A stretch of DNA of 37,105 bases from Candidatus Auribacterota bacterium (GTDB taxonomy: Bacteria > Auribacterota > UBA6266). Where the stretch lies: positions 1-37,105 of the forward strand of contig JAFGBE010000096.1 of NCBI GenBank assembly GCA_016933315.1, in the 5' to 3' direction. The notes beneath the pieces are model-generated. The model made no database searches, was not told the DNA's origin, and was given only the letters and a program-made list of their open reading frames with translations. Positions 30,141 to 37,105 of the stretch are shown one piece after another. Position numbers and translations under genes: made by a program. Position 1 is the stretch's first letter, and every line of letters starts with the position of its first letter.

Positions 30141-31748
30141 GTGTTCGATTTGTTAATAAAAAACGCAAAAATCTTCGACGGGGAAGTATTCCTTGAACCC
30201 GGCTTGTTTGTCGGAATAAAGGGCACTGAAATAATTTATATAGGCGGCGTAAAAGAAGCTGCAAAAAGGGTTATAGATGCGGCAGGAAAGATACTCTCGC
30301 CCGGTTTCATAGATATCCATTCCCATTCGGAGTTTACCGTGCTGGCCAACCCCTCTTCCGACAGCAAGGTAAGGCAGGGGGTTACGACCGAGATAACCGG
30401 CAATTGCGGTTCAGGACCCTGGCCCGTCCGGAATGCCGCGGGCGAAAGGACGAAAGAAAGGCTGTCGTCCCTGGGGCTCAAACTTGAATGGGATTCTCTC
30501 AGGGATTATTTCTGTTCCGTTTCTAAGGTCAGGCCTTCCGTCAATATCGGTGTGCTTATAGGGCTCGGTAACGTAAGAGGCTCTGTCATCGGATATGAAA
30601 ACAAAGCTCCCGGCAGAGAAGAGCTGGCGGAGATGAAGAGAATCGTGGATGAAGGAATGACCCATGGCGCTCTGGGCGTTTCAACAGGGCTTATGTACCC
30701 TCCCGGAATTTATGCGGGGGCTGGCGAGATCATTGCCTGCGCGGAGGTCGCAGGAAGGTACGGCGGCATTTACTCCACTCATATGAGAAATGAGTCGGAA
30801 GCTCTTGTCGAAGCCGTCGGGGAAGCTTTAAAGGTAGGCAGGGAATCGAATGTGAAGGTCCAGATATCGCATTTGAAGGCGGTGGGGAAAACAAACTGGG
30901 ATAAACTTGAAAAAGCATGCAGCCTTATCGAGCAGGCGCGCAGTGAGGGACTTGATGTCAACTGTGACCGCTATCCTTATACGGCTTCATATACAAGCCT
31001 TGATATTGTGCTGCCGAGCTGGATGTTTGAAGGAGGGAATGCAAAAGAGCTTGAAAGGCTTAAGGACCCTTCGATAAAAGAAAAACTGGCAGAATGGCTG
31101 GAAACAGAAAAAAGCGACAGCTACTGGCATACCGTTAAAATCCTCTCTGTTTCGAGCCGTGGAAGGAAGGAGCTGGAGGGCTGCTCGGTGGCGGAAATAG
31201 CCCAGATGAAAGGCAGGAAACCGGTTGATGTTTTCTTCGAATTGCTTATCGAGGAAAGGCTTGAAGTTTATGCGGCATTTTTCAATATGAGCGAGGATAA
31301 CCTCTTTAAAATCATCGGTAAAGATTATTGTATGATCGGTTCGGATGCGGCTTCGAGAAAGGACAGCGGAAAACTTGCGGACTCAAAGGTCCATCCGAGG
31401 GCATATGGCACATTCCCCCGGGTCGCCGGAAGGTTTGTCAGGGAAAACAGGCTGTCGCTTGAGGACGCCTTGTATAAAATGACCGGTCAGCCGTCAAGAA
31501 AATTGAAATTGAAAGACAGGGGATTCATAAAGCGCGGATGGAAAGCCGATCTTGTGCTTTTTGATTCCGCCATGCTTGAAGATACCGCCAGTTTTGAATA
31601 TCCCCACAGGTATCCGAAAGGCATTTCATCTGTTATTGTGAACGGCGTTATAACGGTGGAAGACGGCGAATACACGGGTGTTAGCGGTGGTGAAATTGTT
31701 TGCGCACATCAACCAAAACGGCAAACCGCGGCCGGCGGTCGGATTTAA
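30141..31748 (+). CDS. N-acyl-D-amino-acid deacylase (D-aminoacylase) family amidohydrolase
   Basis: GTG start 7 nt after GGAG. GFIDIHSHSE metal-binding HxH and QGVTTEITGNCG with the family-typical Cys; 535 aa. Confidence 0.85.
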   Translation: MFDLLIKNAKIFDGEVFLEPGLFVGIKGTEIIYIGGVKEAAKRVIDAAGKILSPGFIDIHSHSEFTVLANPSSDSKVRQGVTTEITGNCGSGPWPVRNAAGERTKERLSSLGLKLEWDSLRDYFCSVSKVRPSVNIGVLIGLGNVRGSVIGYENKAPGREELAEMKRIVDEGMTHGALGVSTGLMYPPGIYAGAGEIIACAEVAGRYGGIYSTHMRNESEALVEAVGEALKVGRESNVKVQISHLKAVGKTNWDKLEKACSLIEQARSEGLDVNCDRYPYTASYTSLDIVLPSWMFEGGNAKELERLKDPSIKEKLAEWLETEKSDSYWHTVKILSVSSRGRKELEGCSVAEIAQMKGRKPVDVFFELLIEERLEVYAAFFNMSEDNLFKIIGKDYCMIGSDAASRKDSGKLADSKVHPRAYGTFPRVAGRFVRENRLSLEDALYKMTGQPSRKLKLKDRGFIKRGWKADLVLFDSAMLEDTASFEYPHRYPKGISSVIVNGVITVEDGEYTGVSGGEIVCAHQPKRQTAAGGRI

Positions 31749-31768
31749 ACCGGCAGGTCAGTTTATTA

Positions 31769-33277
31769 ATGCGGCGCGCAGCTTATATTTTATTTGTCTT
31801 CCTGGTTTTTTCGGGATGCGGCGGAAAAAGGGACGACTTCAACACTCTCTTTCTACGCCTTGCCGAAGAACCCTCGACGCTTGACCCGGCGCTTGCGGTT
31901 GATGTTTATTCCGGCGGCATAATCGCCAAAATACATTCAACTCTTGTCAGGTTTGACGAAAACCTTAAAATTTTGCCTGATGTTGCTGAAGGATGGGAAA
32001 TATCCGACGACGGCAAACAGTATGTATTCCATCTTAAAAAAGACGTAAAGTTCAGCGACGGATCCCGCGTATCGGCTGAGGATGTAAAAAAATCCTTTGA
32101 AAGAATATTGATGGCGGACACTCTTTCATCGAGAAAGTGGATGTTTGAAAAAGTGGAGGGGGCCGCCGATTTCATTGCCGGCAGGACAAACGAAATCAGC
32201 GGCATGGAAGCGCCGGATGAGAATACAATAGTCATAAAGCTGGAAGAAGCGTTTGCTCCTTTTTTAAGCATTCTTGCCATGCCCAACGCTTCGATAATAA
32301 AAATGCGGGATAAGGAGATAACAGGGTGCGGGCCCTACAGGATAAAACAATGGGCAAGAGGCGAAAAAATCGTGCTGGAGAAGAACCCGGAATACTCGGG
32401 AGCCGGTGTCTGTATGGCAAGGATACTATACCGCGTGATCCCCAATGATTTTACGGCTGTTTCTGAATTCAGGCAGGGGAAAATTGATATTCTGGGCCTG
32501 AATATCCCGATGCTGGATGCCCTTGAAAAGGCGGGATATAAGGATATGTTTTATTCCAGGCCCGGGCTTAATACCTATTATGTGGGTTTTAATTGCCGAA
32601 GAGAACCGTTTGATAACGCTGACGCGAGAAAAATATTTGCGAAAGCCATAGATAAGAAACAGATAATAAAGTATGTTTTTAATTCCAGGGTTGAACCTGC
32701 GTATTCTCCGGTTCCGCCGGTTCTGCTGTACGACGGGCTGTGGGCAATGGAGAATAATTATATAGAAACTACCGAAACGGTATCTTTTGACAGGCCGTTC
32801 AAACTTCTGATAAACACGAGCGACGAAATGCAGTCAATCGCCGAAATTTGCCAGCATTTCTGGAAAAAAAGGGGAATTGAAATTGAAATAACGCAGAGGG
32901 ATTGGAACGGTTTTAAGGAAGCCTTGAACAATTCCGAATTTGATATGTTTATCCTTTCATGGTGGGCTGACTATCCCGATGCTGAAAACTTCCTTTATCC
33001 TACTTTTTACTCCGGTAATTGGGGTTCCGCCGGGAACAGGGTCAGGTATTCAAATGCTGAGTTTGACGCTCTGATAACCGAAGCGAGGGCCGAAACCGAC
33101 ATTGAACTTAGGCAAAACCTGTATAGAGAGGCCACAAATATAATTGTCGAAGATTCGCCCTGGGTTTTCCTGTGGCACAAAAAGGATTATTGTGCCGTGC
33201 AGCCGTGGGTCAGGGATTTTAAAATGTTCCCCCTTTATTATTCCGATAAGGGGACGGGGATAAAAATAACGCGGTGA
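31769..33277 (+). CDS. ABC transporter substrate-binding lipoprotein, family 5 (peptide/nickel, DppA/OppA-like)
   Basis: From the ATG at 31769: MRRAAYILFVFLVFSGCGG, a signal peptide with lipobox VFSGC. Body matches SBP family 5 (LDPA......G......L.....D......P.LAE.WE.S.DG..Y.F.L.....F.DG). The track ORF start at 31700 overlaps the deacylase. Confidence 0.85.
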   Translation: MRRAAYILFVFLVFSGCGGKRDDFNTLFLRLAEEPSTLDPALAVDVYSGGIIAKIHSTLVRFDENLKILPDVAEGWEISDDGKQYVFHLKKDVKFSDGSRVSAEDVKKSFERILMADTLSSRKWMFEKVEGAADFIAGRTNEISGMEAPDENTIVIKLEEAFAPFLSILAMPNASIIKMRDKEITGCGPYRIKQWARGEKIVLEKNPEYSGAGVCMARILYRVIPNDFTAVSEFRQGKIDILGLNIPMLDALEKAGYKDMFYSRPGLNTYYVGFNCRREPFDNADARKIFAKAIDKKQIIKYVFNSRVEPAYSPVPPVLLYDGLWAMENNYIETTETVSFDRPFKLLINTSDEMQSIAEICQHFWKKRGIEIEITQRDWNGFKEALNNSEFDMFILSWWADYPDAENFLYPTFYSGNWGSAGNRVRYSNAEFDALITEARAETDIELRQNLYREATNIIVEDSPWVFLWHKKDYCAVQPWVRDFKMFPLYYSDKGTGIKITR

Positions 33278-33332
33278 CGGATTTTTCAGTTGCTGTCCTG
33301 CTTTTATATGTTGTTAAATATTATCTAAAGAC

Positions 33333-34253
33333 ATGAAAAATTTTATTATCAGAAGACTTGTTCTGGCTGTTTTGACGTTAACGGCTATTATTACGCTTGT
33401 CTTTTCCCTCACGCGCTTTATCCCCGGAGATCCCGTGTATAGTTTTGTAGGCAGGAGGGCGGACAGCGATACATTGAACCGCGTCAGATCGGCTTACGGG
33501 CTGGATGATCCTGTCCCCGCGCAGTTTTTCTGTTATATCGGGCAGCTGTTAAAAGGGAACCTCGGTTATTCTTATGTAACGGGGCAGCCGGTCGGGAAAC
33601 TGATTATAGGCCGCTTCCCGAACACGCTTAAACTTGCCCTGACGGCGATGGTATTCGCCACGTTGACGGGATTGATGCTGGGGCTGTTATCGGCGTCGAA
33701 TCCCGGCGGAGCCATAGACAGATTCTGCGTGCTGGTCTCGATTTCCGGAATATCAGTGCCTGTTTTTTGGTTCGGCCTTATATTGATCATAATCTTTTCC
33801 AACTTGCTGGGATGGCTCCCATCCTCCGGAATGGGTAACTTCACATATATTATTCTGCCGGCTCTTACTCTCGGTACCCGCTCAGCGGCTTATATTGCGA
33901 GAATAACAAGGACCAGCGTCATGGAAGTCATGGGAGAGAATTTTGTAATAACCGCCAGAGCAAAAGGACTGAGCAGGAACAGGATTTTATTTAAGCATAT
34001 TTTGAAAAATGCGCTTATACCGGTAGTTACTTTAATAGGGGTTGACCTTGGAAGCTACCTGAACGGTTCGGTCCTGACGGAGACGATCTTCGGATGGAAC
34101 GGGGTCGGAAACCTTGCTCTTACCGGAATTATGAACAGGGATTATCCCCTGATAATGGGCACGGTGCTGTTCGGGTCTTTCATTTTTATATGCGCAAATA
34201 TTATAGTGGATATTTCATATTCGTTTTTTAACCCCAAGGTAACCTATGAATAA
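33333..34253 (+). CDS. ABC transporter permease, DppB/OppB-like
   Basis: N-terminus IIRRL......L..I....F.L....PGDPV is typical of DppB/OppB; six hydrophobic segments; 306 aa. Confidence 0.9.
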   Translation: MKNFIIRRLVLAVLTLTAIITLVFSLTRFIPGDPVYSFVGRRADSDTLNRVRSAYGLDDPVPAQFFCYIGQLLKGNLGYSYVTGQPVGKLIIGRFPNTLKLALTAMVFATLTGLMLGLLSASNPGGAIDRFCVLVSISGISVPVFWFGLILIIIFSNLLGWLPSSGMGNFTYIILPALTLGTRSAAYIARITRTSVMEVMGENFVITARAKGLSRNRILFKHILKNALIPVVTLIGVDLGSYLNGSVLTETIFGWNGVGNLALTGIMNRDYPLIMGTVLFGSFIFICANIIVDISYSFFNPKVTYE

Positions 34254-35082
34254 GAAAACAGAACATTTCCTGAGAAAAAACAAACTGGCGGTTTTCCTGG
34301 CGGCGATCCTTTGCCTGATCCTTTTGGCGGCTGTGTTTGCTCCCTGGGTTGCCCCTCACGACCCCTATGAAATAAACCTGGAGAAAGCGAAGGAGCCTCC
34401 TCAAAAAGCTTATCCGTTCGGCACGGACGCGCAGGGGAGATGCATTTTAAGCCGGATGATTTACGGCGCAAGAATATCCCTTTTCATCGGTTTTTGCGCT
34501 ACTGCTTCCGCGCTGTTTATCGGGGTTTTATTCGGGACTGTAGCAGCATATTTCGGCGGGATCGCGGATAATATCATAACATTTTTAATTGACGTTACGC
34601 TTTCTCTGCCGGGCTTGCTCGTCGCAATCGCGATAACGGTTGTTTTCGAACCGGGGGTCTTAACCGTATTGATAGCGCTCTGCATCGTCGGTTGGGCGGG
34701 TTTTGCCAGGATAATACGCTCCAGCGTGATTTCCATAAAAGGTCAGGATTATGTCGCTTCCGCCCTTGTGCTCGGATTATCAAGGAAACTGGTTATGTTG
34801 AAATATGTCCTTCCCAACATCATCCCGATAATTTTTATAACAGCCAGCCTCAGGATAGGGGTTTTTATCCTGTCCGAGGCGTCCCTTTCTTTCCTGGGTT
34901 TAGGCATAAGCCCGCCCGAACCTACATGGGGTGGTATGATTGCCTCAAGCGTAAGTTATGTGGAAACCGCGCCCTGGATGGCATTTTTCCCGGGTGTTGC
35001 CCTTGCCGTCACAATATTCTGTTTCAATCTTATAGGGGACAGCATGAAAGACTATGTTAATTTTATGGGGAATCGTCTATGA
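34246..35082 (+). CDS. ABC transporter permease, DppC/OppC-like
   Basis: FGTDAQGRCILSRMIYGARISL is the diagnostic DppC/OppC motif. 8-nt overlap with the preceding permease; 278 aa. Confidence 0.9.
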   Translation: MNKKTEHFLRKNKLAVFLAAILCLILLAAVFAPWVAPHDPYEINLEKAKEPPQKAYPFGTDAQGRCILSRMIYGARISLFIGFCATASALFIGVLFGTVAAYFGGIADNIITFLIDVTLSLPGLLVAIAITVVFEPGVLTVLIALCIVGWAGFARIIRSSVISIKGQDYVASALVLGLSRKLVMLKYVLPNIIPIIFITASLRIGVFILSEASLSFLGLGISPPEPTWGGMIASSVSYVETAPWMAFFPGVALAVTIFCFNLIGDSMKDYVNFMGNRL

Positions 35083-35107
35083 AAAATTTCAGGAACAGGA
35101 TCGGATA

Positions 35108-35872
35108 ATGAGAATTTACTCATGGAACGTCAACGGCTTAAGGGCGGCTGCCGGCAAAGGGTTTAAAAAATGGTTTCTGTCCGAAAAACCGGACATTTTA
35201 TGCTTACAGGAAACAAAAGCGGATATAAGTCAGCTGCCGGAAGATATAACCGGTGTTGAGGGATACAGGTTTTATGCGGCTTTGTCCGAAAAAAAGGGAT
35301 ACAGCGGCGTAGCCGCGTATACGCGGAGCCTGCCGTCATCCGTTAAAACCGGGATAGGGGTTGGTAAATTTGATGCCGAGGGAAGAGTGCTGGTTTTGAA
35401 TTTTCCGGCATTTACCTTGTTGAATATATATTTTCCCAACGGACAGATGAGCGCAGAGAGGCTTAAGTATAAACTTGATTTTTGCGGCGCAGTCCTTGAT
35501 TATTGTATGAAGCTGAAAAGCTCCGGCTGCAAGATTATAATCTGCGGAGATTTTAATACGGCGCACAGGGAAATAGATTTGAAGAATCCCGGGGCGAATG
35601 AGAATTATTCGGGTTTCCTGCCTGTTGAGAGGGAGTGGATAGACAGGCTGGTTGAAAATGGATTTGTCGATGTATACAGGATGCTCTATCCTGATACAAT
35701 AAAATATTCATGGTGGAGTTACAGGTATAGCGCCAGGAAGAAGAACATAGGTTGGCGCATAGATTATTGTTTTGTTTCAGAAAATATGTCCGGACAGGTC
35801 GAAGATGCGATGATTTTTACCGATGTAATGGGTTCCGACCATTGTCCCATCGGCATAAAAGTAAATGCCTAG
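35108..35872 (+). CDS. xth: Exodeoxyribonuclease III (AP endonuclease, Xth family)
   Basis: From the ATG at 35108: MRIYSWNVNGLRAA....F......PDILCLQETK ... GDFN.AH..ID ... SDHCP. 254 aa. The track ORF start at 35054 overlaps the permease. Confidence 0.9.
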   Translation: MRIYSWNVNGLRAAAGKGFKKWFLSEKPDILCLQETKADISQLPEDITGVEGYRFYAALSEKKGYSGVAAYTRSLPSSVKTGIGVGKFDAEGRVLVLNFPAFTLLNIYFPNGQMSAERLKYKLDFCGAVLDYCMKLKSSGCKIIICGDFNTAHREIDLKNPGANENYSGFLPVEREWIDRLVENGFVDVYRMLYPDTIKYSWWSYRYSARKKNIGWRIDYCFVSENMSGQVEDAMIFTDVMGSDHCPIGIKVNA

Positions 35873-35957
35873 TGTGTGAAAAGCATATAAAATGTGCGTA
35901 GGGAAGCAGGATTCAGGGCTTCCGGACACGGGATGTCCGCAAAAAGGAGATTTTTGA

Positions 35958-36221
35958 ATGAGGATTTTATTTTGTGTTTGCCTGGTTCTAACCTTTCCTT
36001 CATTTTCAGCTTGCGAGGAAGCTCTGCAAACAGGGATGTGCACAGAGAACAGCTGCGAACTTAAGGAGAAAATCGGCCCCGAACCTGTGCTGAATGAGGA
36101 GCCGCTGCTAAGGACTCCCGAAGAAGACAGGACAGATGAAATGACTAAGCCGGCGGGACTGGAAAAGATAAAACAGACAAACAAGACCCCCGGAAACGAC
36201 CCGTATGACAGTTGGGAGTGA
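35958..36221 (+). CDS. Small putative lipoprotein, 87 aa
   Basis: RBS AAGGAG upstream. Signal peptide MRILFCVCLVLTFPSFSAC with lipobox FSAC. The mature part is acidic, Pro/Glu/Thr-rich and probably disordered. Confidence 0.55.
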   Translation: MRILFCVCLVLTFPSFSACEEALQTGMCTENSCELKEKIGPEPVLNEEPLLRTPEEDRTDEMTKPAGLEKIKQTNKTPGNDPYDSWE

Positions 36222-36245
36222 TGGTTGCGGCTGTTAAATTTAGGG

Positions 36246-36273
36246 TTGACAATTATTGAAAGAGCATTATGAT
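36246..36273 (+). promoter_or_regulatory. Sigma-70-type promoter
   Basis: Perfect -35 TTGACA (36246-36251), 16-nt spacer, -10 TATGAT (36268-36273). About 55 nt upstream of the ATG at 36330. Confidence 0.6.
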
Positions 36274-36282
36274 ATTACAGAA

Positions 36283-36298
36283 ATGTTAACGTTAACAT
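36283..36298. promoter_or_regulatory. Perfect 16-bp palindromic operator candidate (LacI/GalR-like, central CG)
   Basis: ATGTTAACGTTAACAT is its own reverse complement. It lies 10-25 nt downstream of the -10 hexamer, where a repressor would block initiation or early elongation. Confidence 0.5.
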
Positions 36299-36329
36299 AG
36301 GGTTCATCTGAATTACCGGAGAAGTGGAT

Positions 36330-37105
36330 ATGAAGAGATCTGCCAATTATGAAGTAAATGATGCTGAGTTTATTATCAATGATTATAACAATACAAAACC
36401 GTTTTCGAGTTTCTTTCCGAGCATAGCGGGTGTTTGGGGAAAACCGATGTGGGTTTTCTATGTGAATCGCGGCCAGGCGATAGCGTGTATGGGGACAACC
36501 GACAAAAACGGGGCTATAACCGAATTCGTTGCCGCGAATAAGGCATACAGGCTGACCCCTTCTCATGGTTTCAGGACATTTATCAAATCCGGCGGCAATA
36601 TCCATGAGCCTTTCAGGCAGAAGTCAGGGAAAAGGAAGCCTGTCCAGAAAATGCATATAACTTCCGACAGGCTGAAGTTATCGGAAACAGACCGTTCATC
36701 CGGGTTCGAGACAACTGTGGAATATTTCGCAATCCCCAACGAGGAGATACCTTCGTTTGCCAGAATTCTCAAAATAAAAAACATATCGTCCGGGAGAAAA
36801 GACTTGCAGTGTCTCGACGGCATGCCTGTTATCGAACCGTACGGGACGGGCGATTACCTTCTGAAAAACATGAGCAGGCTCGCCGAAGGCTGGTTCAGCG
36901 GTGTCGAGTTTTCGAAGAAATACGGTGTGCCGGCCTACAAACTCAGGGTTATTCCCGAGGACAACCCGGAAATCGAAGAAATCAGGGCCGCGAATTTTTA
37001 CGGGGGGGTTGTTCTTCAGCCTTCCGGGAAAACCGTCATTCCCGCATTTATAACGGATCCGGAAGATATTTTCGGCGAGTTTAAGGATTTTACCGAGCCG
37101 GAAAA
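36330..37105 (+). CDS. Cellobiose-phosphorylase-like (GH94-related) large protein, N-terminal 258 codons; 3-prime end outside the window
   Basis: Not in the ORF track because it has no stop in the window. ATG at 36330 is 8 nt after GGAG (36318-36321). Frame 3 is open to the window edge. My translation MKRSANYEVNDAEFIINDYNNTKPFSSFFPSIAGVWGKPMWVFYVNRGQAIACMG..DKNGAITEF..ANKAY matches the N-terminus of a family usually annotated cellobiose phosphorylase (from memory). Three track ORFs on other frames or the other strand here are shadows. Confidence 0.75.
   Translation, partial: MKRSANYEVNDAEFIINDYNNTKPFSSFFPSIAGVWGKPMWVFYVNRGQAIACMGTTDKNGAITEFVAANKAYRLTPSHGFRTFIKSGGNIHEPFRQKSGKRKPVQKMHITSDRLKLSETDRSSGFETTVEYFAIPNEEIPSFARILKIKNISSGRKDLQCLDGMPVIEPYGTGDYLLKNMSRLAEGWFSGVEFSKKYGVPAYKLRVIPEDNPEIEEIRAANFYGGVVLQPSGKTVIPAFITDPEDIFGEFKDFTEPE

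Noticed and set aside
34692-35060. 122-aa + strand ORF in an alternative frame of the DppC-like permease. Similar alternative-frame ORFs lie at 31678-31884, 29609-29821, 19573-19782, 17567-17788 and 2947-3243.
   Set aside because: These are out-of-frame or antisense overlaps with confidently identified genes. Their composition is Arg/Cys/Gly-rich and they have no RBS.
35923-35939. Hairpin CGGACA-cggga-TGTCCG after xth, considered as a terminator.
   Set aside because: The stem is only 6 bp and is followed by an A-run rather than a T-run. It does not fit an intrinsic terminator on either strand.
36267-37084. Track ORFs 36267-36605(-), 36563-36823(-) and 36809-37084(+).
   Set aside because: They are shadows of the real + strand frame-3 gene that starts at 36330 and leaves the window without a stop.

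Overview
The window splits into two parts.

**Bases 1 to about 24,130: ribosomal and transcription supercluster.** This is a textbook bacterial cluster, entirely on the + strand.
- The gene order is rpoB (3-prime end), rpoC, rpsL, rpsG, fusA, tuf, the S10 block (rpsJ to rpsQ), the spc block (rplN to rplO, then secY, adk, map, infA, rpmJ) and the alpha block (rpsM, rpsK, rpsD, rpoA, rplQ).
- Genes are separated by only a few to about 70 nt.
- The cluster closes with one clear rho-independent terminator at about 24,102-24,133.
- rpmJ (20935-21048) is too short for the supplied ORF track and was found by eye.
- Several track ORFs needed start-codon trimming: rpoC, rplN, rpsN, the membrane protein at 24703, the CPBP protease, the ABC binding protein and xth.
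- L30 (rpmD) is absent between rpsE and rplO.

**Bases 24,170 to 37,105: accessory region.**
- A tightly packed seven-gene + strand operon of mostly uncharacterised proteins: an orphan helical protein, a two-TM protein, a HIT hydrolase, a small Minf_1886-like protein, a membrane-anchored double-module M16 peptidase, DUF1844 and a zinc-ribbon protein.
- A CPBP/CAAX-type intramembrane protease on the - strand.
- An N-acyl-D-amino-acid deacylase followed by a peptide-type ABC importer (lipoprotein binding protein plus two permeases, no ATPase genes) and exonuclease III.
- A small lipoprotein.
- A strong sigma-70-like promoter with a perfect 16-bp palindrome, followed by the 5-prime part of a large cellobiose-phosphorylase-like gene. 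That gene runs off the window and is missing from the ORF track.

**Lineage.** The EF-Tu switch-I signature, the lack of L30 and the small conserved hypotheticals suggest a PVC-group (Planctomycetota/Omnitrophota-like) bacterium. This is inference, not a search result.

**Hunt result.** I found no CRISPR array, IS or transposon, integrase, tRNA/rRNA gene, toxin-antitoxin pair or recognisable defence system. I do not see convincing evidence for a novel system. The best second-look items are:
- the uncharacterised seven-gene operon
- the Ala/Pro-rich tail on S19
- the alternative hairpins around rpmJ
- the promoter and operator at 36.25 kb
- the ATPase-less transporter linked to a D-aminoacylase
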